Shown here: positions 40,701 through 50,887 of the stretch, piece after piece
Position numbering within the stretch: position 1 is the stretch's first letter
Layout of the letters: each line of letters starts with the position of its first letter
Source of the DNA: Nitrospirales bacterium
GTDB lineage: Bacteria; Nitrospirota; Nitrospiria; Nitrospirales; UBA8639
DNA: 64,000 bases
NCBI GenBank assembly: GCA_965203295.1
Contig: CBDBCZ010000019.1
Coordinates: 2,688,001-2,752,000 of the forward strand
Direction: 5' to 3'
Notes under the pieces: model-generated
The model's input: the letters and a program-made list of their open reading frames with translations, nothing else
The model's database searches: none
What the model was told of the DNA's origin: nothing
Made by a program: the position numbers and the translations under genes

Positions 40701-42540
40701 CTTTTTCGCTCATGGCTTTATTGCCCTGCCACATCCAATCCATAACCGTGGCGTCATAGGCCATGAGTTGTCCCTTTTCATCACTCGTATTCCCTGGTAG
40801 GCCTTGACTGACCAATTGCATTTCCACCCAGTCTTTAATGGTGATCACTGGTGGATTGCTTTTCTAATTGCTCTTTCCACTACCCACAATCTTGAATTTA
40901 TCCCCGAACCAGTTGACCGTCTTGCCGACTAATTGATCTGAGGTCACCGGCTTATGAATCCGGCCAAGCCGATCCGGAAGTTCCCGCATTGATGGCATGA
41001 TGTCGTTTTGGATCCCTGGGACTTGCAATGTGTTATATACCCGCCAGTATCCCCACATACCAGCCACATAATGGTGCGCCACATGGCAGTGATACAGGAA
41101 TTCTCCGGCCAACCATTGACACAGCCCCGAACCACATTCCGTTTCGAGATCCAAGGCTTCTGCCGGCCCAATGAGTTCCACATCGACTCGGTCAGATTTC
41201 GTGCGAATCACTGGATACTTCACTGGACCGTTTTGGCCCATAGTCCACACCGGCATTTGGGTGGCCCGGGGGCTCCGCTGCCAACGAATTGATCCCCCAT
41301 GCGGATGGTGTGAATGGAATACTTCGGAACCACCATGGATCACCCGCCACTTGCCAGGGTCACCCAAATAGCTTCGCGGAATGGTTGGTGACGCATCGCC
41401 GAATGTGTAACTGCTATACGCCATCGATTCGTCTTCAAACCCAAAGTATTCATGTTGAATATGCATGTTGTTGATGCCAAACGGTTCGATTCCGTAGTTC
41501 AACGCCCGGGCGCCAGGCCGATAAGCATCTGTGAGAGGGTCGCGTTGCGGGAGAAAGTCCCCATGCTTGTTGACCGGTCGGAAAGCTTCGTCGCCGATTT
41601 CATGGTAGATGACGACGAATTCATGAAAGTCAGGGCCGGTCCCATTTTCAATCATGACCTGCCAGCCACTTCGAGCTTCTGTTGCTGGTCCCGTTCCCAA
41701 CGGCTCCCAATACTTGGAATTCCGAGGTTCCACGATGAACGCTCCAGCGAGGCCCAACACGGTAAGTTCCCGGTCATTGCTCCCCTTGGTGTGGAACTGG
41801 AGGCCACCCTCTTGGACATCGAGATGAATATACCATTCCATCTCAATAGACTTACCTTCCGCCGCAACGGAATCCGGATTGGTCGTGACAGCTGGTTGCC
41901 CTGTGTTGCTCATCACCATATCGGATCCATTAATATGCAAACTGACCTCTTCGCCGAATTCCAAATTGTTGCGAAGGGTAAACTTCACGCAATCCCCTTG
42001 GTTTCCACGAATGACCAAAGGCTGAACCCATTGATCTTGGACCCCGGGAATAATGGCCCCACGATCATAGTGCCCTTCAACTTCTCTCGCTGCCCTGTTC
42101 TTGGCTTCTTCAGCTCGGACTTTGTCTACATTTTCCGTAAGGACGTACATATACCCTGGATAGTAGTCCAGCCACGCATTCAAGGTAATCTCTGCATTGA
42201 TTGCCGAAATGTCATAGGACTTGACCGGAACTCCCTTGGGACATAGTCCGCCTTTGTTGGAGACGGGTTCTACCTGAGGATCCGACATCAGAAGCCCGTT
42301 GGCCTTTCCTGCACCATATTGGTGCATCATGGACATGGTGTTGTAGTTCCCGGTGTTGGGACCCTGATGACCCATCTCTTCTTGCATCTGGTCCATCAGG
42401 CGTGTTGCCTCTCTACCAAGGCCGCCCGCTCGGATCGGCCTTCCATTGAATTCTCGACTATGGTTTGGCCTTTAAGTTTTTCAGCCCACGCTGGGCTTTG
42501 GCTAGCCATGGCCACGGTCTGGGTTTTCGCGGAAGCGGAT
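37763..42540 (-). pseudogene. Very large multicopper oxidase (~1600 aa, MnxG-like architecture) broken into five ORFs
   Basis: HSHHPHGG, YHCHVAHHYVAGM, HFHF, FWHDH; frameshift ~42400, TAG 40864, frameshift ~39795, TAA 39296; 5' start not identifiable. Confidence 0.85.
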
Positions 42541-42750
42541 GAATCTTCCGCTTTGATAATGGGAGGGTGACTCAGGAGGATTGGTCCTCCCAGGAGTCCG
42601 AGGTGTTTTTTCGGGGTCTTGTTCTCCCCAATGTTCCGGCCTCTCCATTTGTCCCTTATATAAGGGCCGGCGAAGAACTTCCTCAAAGGAGGTTTGGGTA
42701 TTTCGGAGGCCGGTCCATCACACCCAGCTCTTCATCGGCAAGCAATACAT

Positions 42751-42767
42751 AGCAAGGCGAATACCAA
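42751..42767 (-). promoter_or_regulatory. Sigma54 -24/-12 promoter of the oxidase cluster
   Basis: TTGGTATTCGCCTTGCT (GG-N10-GC). Confidence 0.75.
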
Positions 42768-42816
42768 TAGAAAAAATTTTGAAAAATAATGAAATGTCGA
42801 ATGAATTAATCAGAAA

Positions 42817-42829
42817 AATCAACAACTTA
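42817..42829 (+). promoter_or_regulatory. IHF binding site
   Basis: AATCAACAACTTA matches WATCAA-N4-TTR in an AT-rich tract between enhancer and promoter. Confidence 0.6.
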
Positions 42830-42950
42830 TATTCAATTTTTTCGGATCAATTCAATTTAAATGATGGCCGACGGAATGTCTCTATTTGCCATTAGGATTG
42901 GACGAAAAATGAGAACCTTATTAAATCATTGCGTTTTTCAATGGGTTAGG

Positions 42951-43000
42951 TTGTCTAAAATTTTAGACAAAAATTCTTGATGTTGTGGCAAATAAGGACA
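42951..43000. promoter_or_regulatory. Upstream activator (enhancer) sites
   Basis: Perfect 20-bp palindrome TTGTCTAAAATTTTAGACAA (42951-42970) and TGTGGCAAATAAGGACA (42984-43000). Confidence 0.6.
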
Positions 43001-43011
43001 TTGGAGGAGGG

Positions 43012-44107
43012 CTATTCAATTTGGTAGGTTTTTAACTTGTTGTACAAAGTCGCTCGGCTGATTTTAAGCAAGCGGGCGGCCTGAGTTTTCTTCCCTTTCA
43101 CTTCCTGGAGGACTTCGAGAATCCGGTTTTTTTCAGCATTCGAGCGGGCAGTTTTACTTATCGAAGAAAGATCACCCGGGGCTTGGTCCTCGGAGATGGG
43201 GCCAAAGACATCTGAAATCATCAGAACCGGATGAAGAGCCTTCAACGTTGCACGCTCAATGAGATTTTCTAATTCCCGGACATTGCCGGGCCAGGAATAC
43301 TTGATTAATGACTCCATAGTCTCACACGGCACAGTGACCGGATCCTCTCCTTTTTTTCGTCCCAAACGTTCCAACACATAGTCCACGAGAAGAGGAATAT
43401 CGTCGCGTCGATCCAGAAGTGGAGGAATCTCCAATGGAAGAAAGGCGATCCGGTAATACAAGTCGTGCCGGAAAGCCTTGGTTTTCATCAAATCTGAGAG
43501 AGGTTTGTTACTGGCTGAAACCACTCGAACGTTGACCTTCACGTTTCGGCTACTCCCGACCGGTTTGATTTCCCCTTCCTGAAGGACACGGAGAAGCTTT
43601 GCCTGAAACGCTAGACTTGTATCAGCAATTTCATCTAAAAAAATCGTCCCTCCCTCCGCCTCTTCAAAAAGACCTTTCATTCAATTGTTGCATGACTGGA
43701 GTCTCGCCAAGCAGAGCATGAAACGCTTCATCCCGAGAGACTGCACGACTGGGTTGTCTCTCCGGCGGAGACGTTATGGTTCCATTCCGCAACACAGTTC
43801 CATTTCTGGATAGAATTCCGGGGTGGGGATTAGGCTCTTCTTCTTGAAATACCCTGTGTGTAGGACAGAAGTCGCAAGATTTGTTTTGAAGGTCGAGGGG
43901 TTCCATTCGATCCCCAGACGCTTCTTCAAACAGTGGACAGGACTGCCCAATATTCTTTGCCGGTTCGTTAGAGTAAATGAGCCTGAGTTCTGGATCCAGA
44001 ATGACCACTGGTTCCGTGATGTGATCAGCAAGAGAACTCAAGGCTTCTACACGAGCACGAAGAATGGTGTCATCTTGATTGGGACGATTGAAATACGATC
44101 CGGCCAT
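43012..44107 (-). pseudogene. Sigma54-dependent activator (PAS-like sensor, AAA+, Fis HTH) with an internal deletion
   Basis: LLGETPVMQQL joins directly to KGLFEEAEGGTIFLDEI, so Walker A and GAFTGA are absent; WPGNVRELEN and the HTH remain. Confidence 0.85.
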
Positions 44108-44115
44108 CGTACGTG

Positions 44116-44520
44116 TTACCTTTCATGAGGGGTGCCTCTGCTCGGCATAATGTTCGCGTTCCGGCATTGACTGATTTTGCATACTTGACTCATCGCGGCT
44201 TTCAATTCGGCCATTCGTACCGGCTTATCCAAATACATGTTGACTCCCCGTTCAATGGCCATAGCTTTTGTGAGGGAATCTCCAAACGCTGTGACAAGAA
44301 TGATGGGAGTCTCAGGGACCGCAATTCTCAGTGAAGCAAGAAACTCAAAACCCCCATAAGGCATTCGGAAATCCGTGATGATGAGATCAGGGGCAAAGAA
44401 TTTCAACTGATCCCACGCATGGTTCCCGTCACCAGCTTCCGCCACATGACAGCCTTCCTCACTCAATTCATCACTCAAAAGAATTCTCATCGCTGGATCG
44501 TCGTCAATTACTAAAATCAC
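44116..44520 (-). CDS. Single-domain response regulator
   Basis: ILVIDDD, DLIITDFRMP, VTAFG, YLDKP. Confidence 0.9.
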   Translation of the reverse strand: MILVIDDDPAMRILLSDELSEEGCHVAEAGDGNHAWDQLKFFAPDLIITDFRMPYGGFEFLASLRIAVPETPIILVTAFGDSLTKAMAIERGVNMYLDKPVRMAELKAAMSQVCKISQCRNANIMPSRGTPHER

Positions 44521-44624
44521 GCAATCCCCCCCTTCGAAGCATGAGCCCGACAGGGTCCGTCATTCTCTCGAAAAAACCCAATATCAGTCATAGGGAGAAC
44601 CTAGAACCTTACGGTTCAGTTATC

Positions 44625-44642
44625 TTGCAATCAGCAGACCAA
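44625..44642 (-). promoter_or_regulatory. Sigma54 promoter of the response regulator / activator operon
   Basis: TTGGTCTGCTGATTGCAA (GG-N10-GC). Confidence 0.6.
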
Positions 44643-44925
44643 GGCAGCATAGACGTCACCATGTTGCAAATATCTCAAAAAATTGGCGGACAAGGGAATT
44701 TATGTACTAGAGAAGGAACATGGGTAAGGGTTTGGTGAAGCAAAATGCCTCAAAACTTATGCTTGTTTTGTGGCGTGAGGCAACATCAAAAGCCAGTCTG
44801 GGATCAAGACGATCGTACTCTTTGTTGATTCCTTGGCGATATCAACAGCGCTCAGCTCCAATTGAGTTCTTTTAGGACTAATACCCTAATGCGGAAAAAA
44901 GGAAGGGTAACCAAAGATTATTCTA

Positions 44926-44941
44926 TGGCATGGACTTTGCT
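44926..44941 (+). promoter_or_regulatory. Sigma54 promoter of a USP gene
   Basis: TGGCATGGACTTTGCT. Confidence 0.8.
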
Positions 44942-45068
44942 AACTTAAAATAGAAATCCAATTCAAGAGTCTTTTTATCCTCAACGCATAAAGATGTGGT
45001 CTTTCATAGGTGTGTAGGCCCACTGTCCCAAAGATCGAGGACGCAGAAGTTTTCACGATTGAAGCATT

Positions 45069-45924
45069 GTGAATTCGTTTCCCTTTGAAAACATTGTTCA
45101 CCCCAAGGATTTTTCATTAGCCAGTGAAAGAGCCTTTGCCCACGCGCTCAAGCTCGCTGTCGCAGCAAGAGCTGATCTCTGAATTATTCATTACGCCGAA
45201 CAAGGTGTCGTGGAAAGTTGGGATTACTTCCCAAAGGTTTTGGAGACCTTAATACGATGGGGGGTCGTACCGGCTAACCATTCCAAAGAAGATCTTAAAC
45301 GTTTGGGGTTTCAAGTACAGGGAGTGTTGGCCACAGGATCGGACGCCCTTCATTCCATTCTTCGAAACCTGAAACGAAAGCCCAGTAACCTTCTCGTTCT
45401 CGCCACACACCAAATCGATGGCCTCAATCGCTGGCTGAGAACTCCTATCGCCGAACCATTGGCTCGTCAATCTGGAATTCCCTCCTTGTTCGTTCCAGCC
45501 GTTTGTCAAAGCTGTATCAACATTGAAAACGGAGAGGTCAATTTAGGACGTGTCCTGCTGCCAGTCGATCACCAGCCTCTCCCTCAAGAAGCCATTAATG
45601 GAGCATTTGCGTTTACTCAATTCCTTGGAGTGAAATCCGTTGAGTTTAGACTATTTTATGTTGGGAAAGATGGGGAATTACCTGCGATTAGCCTACCTCC
45701 GCATGGAGTCTGAAAATGGAAAACTCGGGAAGGTCATGGAACAATCGCGAATCGGATTCTTGCGAATCGGATTCTTGAGGAAGCTACTGATTTTGATCCA
45801 CATCTGTCTGATTGTCATGGTGACGCAAGGGCATAAAAGCTTGATCGATGTTCTCAGAGGCAGTACGACGGAACAAATCCTTCGGAATGCACAGTGTCCG
45901 GTACTTGCCATACCGATCGATTAA
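45069..45924 (+). pseudogene. Tandem-domain universal stress protein
   Basis: IVHP.DFSLAS..AF.HAL, VLLPVDH, RGSTTEQILRNAQCPVL; TGA at 45180 and 45711, 15-nt duplication at 45747-45776, 4-nt duplication near 45803. Confidence 0.88.
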
Positions 45925-46278
45925 ACCGACTATCCGACTTCACCAACCAAGGTCCCTTGGAAAACAATCTGCAAAGGCATGGAATTGAATGTTTTGAAAT
46001 AATGCTCCCAGAAAAGGGGAAAAAGAGTCGTTCATCCGATGCCGAGAAAATCTGGAGAATCAAATAGAGGAGTGGACGAGAGGACTTAACGGGATGATCT
46101 GTTCAAAGGTTCAACCTGCTCAAAGCGAGCAAGTGGGGGAAAGGGAACGAGTGGGCTGTGGCGTTTTATCCCATTTCGCTGCAGATTATCTTTTTCATCT
46201 CGAAAATCATCAAAGGATTAACGAAAGAAAATCACGATAAAAATAGAAAAAAGCAAGTGAAACCGCTCAAAGCAAAAG

Positions 46279-46473
46279 TCAGGCAGCATCATGCTTTCCG
46301 CTTATCGGTTTTAGTGAATCCGGAAAGATTTCTCCACATTCCTTACAAACCAGATAACCTGCTTCACTCTCATTATTCGAATTTAGATAATCAATCACAC
46401 GGGAATGGCTGCAAGGTTGATTTCCCCTCGCTCTCCATGCCTCTCTCAGACGACCGGCCTCGTCAGGAGTCAC
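46279..46473 (-). CDS. Small hypothetical protein with a possible zinc ribbon
   Basis: PCSH...LVCKECGE; AGAGG upstream. Confidence 0.55.
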   Translation of the reverse strand: MTPDEAGRLREAWRARGNQPCSHSRVIDYLNSNNESEAGYLVCKECGEIFPDSLKPISGKHDAA

Positions 46474-46611
46474 GGGACACCTCTTAAGGTATAGGCAAAT
46501 ATTATGAAGTCGTCAAATTCAGTATATCCGTTCCATTTCCTGGTTCTCTAGCGGATCCCACTCCTCATGTTATGCGAATCCTGCACAAAAATATAGCGGG
46601 GAACAGTGGAT

Positions 46612-46943
46612 TTAAGCCCTGACCCAATTCCACACCTCCTGGGACTGGTCCGGCGAAAAATATTTTACTTCAGTTTTCACAAATGGACTCACGACCTTCA
46701 TTAACCATTCGAACCAACTGTTATCCCCAACAATCGCGATTCGTGTAAAATCCCGCAAGTGCCGCATGTTGAATTTGAAGTCTTCCCAAAAAGCCTCAAT
46801 CTCGATCCCTTCAAAACCGGTCCTGATTGGTTAATAAGGTTTTCGAGGTAAGGGAGAAGAACTCCATAGTCTTCCTTCGTGGGCTTCCCATCAACCTTCA
46901 TGCCAACGACATTGTCAGAACTTTCATCCAAAATGCGATACAC
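46612..46943 (-). pseudogene. SpoIIAA-like (STAS/SEC14) protein with an internal frameshifting deletion
   Basis: VVGMKVDGK.TKEDY, then in another frame FEGIEIEAFWEDFKF..RH...FTRIAIVGD..W...EVKYF......W.WV; GGAGG RBS. Confidence 0.8.
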
Positions 46944-47074
46944 GGTTTTCCTCCTTTGCTTGCTATAGAACAAAATTCTCTCCCCCTCATTTCAAACGAG
47001 AAGGGAGATATCCAAGGACCTTTCTCACTCATTATTCTATTTTGTTCGAAAGGAGAAAATGGTTTTTCAACCAA

Positions 47075-48189
47075 CTGACCATAGCCAATGAGAATTTCCT
47101 TGCATCCCATATCCTCCATAACGCGTCGGACAAGCTCCGGGGGGCATGGGGGTCCTGCCATAATCCTGGTGCGTAAACTTGAATGATCGAAAAGGTGAAA
47201 GTCCGGATGCTCGAGCTCCGCAATGAACATGGTGGGTACCCCATGCACTGCCGTGCAACTCTCCTTATCGATGGCGGCCAACGTCAGGGTTGCTTCAAAA
47301 TATTCTGAAGGGATCACGATAGTCACCCCAACCATGATACACACCAGATTGGCCACGACCATTCCAAAGCAATGGTAAAAAGGCACAGCCACGCAGAGAC
47401 GGTCATCCACACCCATCCGCATAATCTTAGCCGCGAAGTACGCGTTGTTCAGAATATTGTGGTGCGTCAACACCACCGCCTTGGGGAAGCCGGTGGTTCC
47501 TGACGTGAACTGAATGTTGATGGGATCGTCCGGTTCAAGAGTCTTCGCACGGGCATCAAGGTCCTCATCGATCATTCCCTCTCCCCGGCCAACAAGTCCA
47601 CCCCACTTCATGAATCCTAGTTGAAGGCATCGGGTTTTCTCTGCATCTTCAGGGTCATAGACAACGAGGTGCTTGAGATCGGGAAAAAGGGCAGAGGAAA
47701 ATTCATCTGGCAAGTTCACCTGTGCCTCCGGGCAAAGTTCACAAACCATATCCACGTAGTGTGAAGTCCGGAAGGATGGAATCAAAAACAGAACCGGAAG
47801 GATGGAATCAAAAACAGAATCTGAACGCGTGCCCGCGCTAGAGCATGCTGTAGTTCCTCAACACGATATGCTGGATTGATATTGACAAGAATGGCTCCGA
47901 CGTAAGCTGTCGCCATTTGCAGAAGCACCCATTCGAGATTGTTGGTAGACCAAATCCCAACGCGGTCACCTTTCGATACCCCCACGGCTAAAAGCGCTTT
48001 TGCCAGTTGCCGTGCTTTGTCGCGGAAAGATGAATAATTGAATCTGACATCTTGAGGCATGGAGACAACCGCCTCATGTTCCGAAAAGCGTGCCACAATG
48101 TCCTCAAACAACTGGGGAATCGTGACGCCAATCAGAGGAGTATCTCCACCATTATGAACGTAGGACCGTTTGGGTTTCCCAGCGTTCAC
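47075..48189 (-). pseudogene. AMP-binding acyl-CoA synthetase, frameshifted and 3'-truncated
   Basis: NINPAYR, QFTSGTTGFPKA, PFYHCFG, IGYGQ then abrupt loss of similarity; 26-nt duplication at 47768-47819. Confidence 0.88.
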
Positions 48190-48323
48190 GACCTACCTTT
48201 GATAAAGTATCTCAGGATCGGCATTGTTCTGTTTCCCTGGGAAATAAAGAATCCAAATTGGAGGGAATCAGCCAAGCTCCAGATAGATTGTGCATGGATG
48301 TTTCCCCCTCTCTACTGAGGTAA

Positions 48324-48340
48324 AGCAAGCCATATACCAA
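48324..48340 (-). promoter_or_regulatory. Sigma54 promoter of the acyl-CoA synthetase
   Basis: TTGGTATATGGCTTGCT. Confidence 0.7.
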
Positions 48341-48650
48341 ATTTCTGAGCCTTGGCTGGAGAGAAAAAGCCTTTAGCCTACAAAGGTACTACGGAGGGTT
48401 AAGAAAGAGGATGGGTTCAAAATGAACAAAGCGAATACGCAGTTGGTGCGGAAATCTGCCACACCCCATTCTGATCATGACCGAAGGCTTACATTCTGCT
48501 TCTACCTTGACAGTCGTCTTTAAAAGAAAGGGAAATCTAGTACCCGAGTCAATCGTTTATTTCTATGGCGTCCCCCGGTGCAGAGTTCTCCCCGCTCATA
48601 AGTTTGTGGTCACTTGTCGATACCGTATGACTTTCTAAACCGGATAGCGG

Positions 48651-50003
48651 TCAATGTTCTTGGAGTTCCTTTTCTTTGGCATCCATGGATTGCGCAAGTT
48701 CGTGCAATGCCTTGGATACTTTAACCTCGATCGTGACATCTTCGCGAAGCTGTTGCAGTTCTTTCGGCAGCCGTGTCAGCTGGACCGAAGCATGGTCACG
48801 TATATTGTTGAGAGAGGGAGGAGGTGCCGTACGCTTACCGGCTTCCATGACAGGTTGAATTAAAGGCTCTCCTTCTTGCGAATCATCTGTGGTGGTCAAG
48901 ATATCACAAGCAATGCAGCCAAGCTGATCATATTGACGATATACTTGTTTCCGCCCCGGCCACGTTGCCTTGCCTTCGGATTTTTTGCGACATGCACGGC
49001 CAGCATATTCTTGAAGTTTATACGCACAATCAAAATAGGGCGCGTCGACTGAGGCCGTCATTTTGGTTCCAACCGCGAGGAGATCAATAGGTGCCTGAGA
49101 CTCCACCATTGTTTGAATAGCATATTCATCAAGGTTTCCACTGGCTGTGATTTTCACATCAGTCAATTCGCTTTCATCCAAAATTCGGCGAATCTTGAAG
49201 GCATGGTCGACCAAGTCACCGCTATCCAATCCCACCCCTTTAATTGTAATTCCTTTCTTCTTCAGTCGAGGTGCCAAAGCCACGACTTTTTTCGCTCCTT
49301 CTTCGGTATCGTAGGTATCGATCAATAGAACGACATTCTCTGGTTGAGCTTCTGCAAAATGCTCAAAAGCTTCGCTCTCTACGGTATGAGCCTGGATAAA
49401 GGAGTGCGCCATCGTCCCAAAGACTGGAACGCCAAAGAGGAGTTCGGCCATGACGGTTGCTGAACCAGCAAAACCGGCAAGGTAGCTCGCTCGAGCGGCG
49501 AGCAGGCCGGCCTCAGCTCCATGGGCTCGTCGCAAACCGAAATCAATCAACGGTTTTCCTCCAGCGACCAACACCGATCTGGCAGCTTTTGAGGCTACCA
49601 GGGTTTGATATTGCAAGAGATTGATCAAGCGAGTTTCTACCAATTGTGCCTGCGGAAGGGGCGCGGTCACTCGGGCAATCGGTTCATTTGAGAAAAAGAC
49701 AGTGCCTTCTGGCATCCCGTGGAGGTCACCGGAAAACCGCCATTGTTCCAAATAGTCCACAAACGATTTACTGAAGTGCCCGCTAGTGGCCACCCAGTCC
49801 AACTCTCTTGGTGTAAAGTGGACGTCTTCTAAAAATTCCACTAATTGCTCCAGGCCGGCGGCCATAAAAAACCCTCTCTGCTTGGGCATCTTACGGGCAA
49901 AAAACTCAAACACGGCTGTCTCTTCCATGCCCTGCTCCATATACCCTTGCAGCATCGTGAGCTGGTAGAGATCGGTCAGCAATATGCTCGATCGAATGTC
50001 CAT
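48651..50003 (-). CDS. pncB: Nicotinate phosphoribosyltransferase
   Basis: LLTDLYQLTM, DFGLRRAHG, GTMAHS, LIDTYD, LDSGDL, ATWPGRKQV. Confidence 0.95.
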   Translation of the reverse strand: MDIRSSILLTDLYQLTMLQGYMEQGMEETAVFEFFARKMPKQRGFFMAAGLEQLVEFLEDVHFTPRELDWVATSGHFSKSFVDYLEQWRFSGDLHGMPEGTVFFSNEPIARVTAPLPQAQLVETRLINLLQYQTLVASKAARSVLVAGGKPLIDFGLRRAHGAEAGLLAARASYLAGFAGSATVMAELLFGVPVFGTMAHSFIQAHTVESEAFEHFAEAQPENVVLLIDTYDTEEGAKKVVALAPRLKKKGITIKGVGLDSGDLVDHAFKIRRILDESELTDVKITASGNLDEYAIQTMVESQAPIDLLAVGTKMTASVDAPYFDCAYKLQEYAGRACRKKSEGKATWPGRKQVYRQYDQLGCIACDILTTTDDSQEGEPLIQPVMEAGKRTAPPPSLNNIRDHASVQLTRLPKELQQLREDVTIEVKVSKALHELAQSMDAKEKELQEH

Positions 50004-50016
50004 GACATTTTCCTAA

Positions 50017-50385
50017 TCAAAAGCGCCGGAAATCGTTCTGTGGTTCCAATGCACGGCAAGGGCCAAGAATGGTCATCAGCACTATTCCACCGCGGACTTC
50101 CTTTAGACCTCCCAGGCGTGATTTCCTTACGCGCCCACCCCTTAACGGTTCTTGAGAGATTCGTCCCAGCCTTTCAGCTTGTCTGCGCTCGTAGGGGGGT
50201 ATACCTTCGCTGAAAGGGGGAACACTGAATTCTCCATACTCAGTGGGCACGCTGGGAGCAACATATCCTTTGTCTTCTGTTCTCTGTTCCTCGCTTTTCT
50301 CTTCTATTGCCCCTTTCAACCAACGTGTCACATAGCTCAACAGTATAAACAAGAGAAGCAAGGCCAAATAGATGAAAGGTTCCAT
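50017..50385 (-). CDS. Hypothetical membrane-anchored protein following floA (YqfB-like position)
   Basis: N-terminal TM; C-terminal GIV..TILGP.RA motif. Confidence 0.65.
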   Translation of the reverse strand: MEPFIYLALLLLFILLSYVTRWLKGAIEEKSEEQRTEDKGYVAPSVPTEYGEFSVPPFSEGIPPYERRQAERLGRISQEPLRGGRVRKSRLGGLKEVRGGIVLMTILGPCRALEPQNDFRRF

Positions 50386-50397
50386 GCTTATGGATCC

Positions 50398-50887
50398 TTA
50401 CTTTTTCTGGTCACTAGGAGGTTCTTCTTCACTCCCAGCGATCGCATCACGCATGGCCGTATCCGCTTGTACATTCTTCATGCGGTAATAATCCATTATC
50501 CCCAAATTTCCCTGGCGAAAGGACTCCGCCATGGCTCGTCGTTCTTCCGCTTTGGCTTGAACGATTTGCTTATCTGCATTCGCTTGGTCGATTTGGAGCT
50601 TTGCGCCTATATTTTCTCCAACGTCAACATCGGCAATATCAGTCGTGAGAGTCGTTAATGGAAATTTCCAATCCCGCTTTGACAGCACTAATCCTCGCAG
50701 TCACAACCGTACCAGGCGGGACGCGTCGGAATGGCATCCCAATGAGGGTTAAAAGTCCCACGTAAGCATTGGAAGCCCATGCCGCGATCCACACTGGGAT
50801 CGGAATCAAATAAAGGAACCCGGCGAGGAAAATCAAGATCAGGAGAAGAAGCCCCAAGGTTCCAAAAACCTGCATTTCCATTCCCAT
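50398..50887 (-). pseudogene. floA: Flotillin-like FloA (YqfA) with two internal deletions
   Basis: 5' part IP..WI.A...GM..RRVPP...I.A.KAGL; 3' part [22 protein letters not shown]...[24 protein letters not shown]; only ~490 bp remain. Confidence 0.88.

Noticed and set aside
37763..42540. Programmed frameshifting or a natural multi-gene split of the oxidase
   Set aside because: Breaks are mixed single-base stops and indels without slippery sites or RBSs, and the surrounding genes are also decaying.
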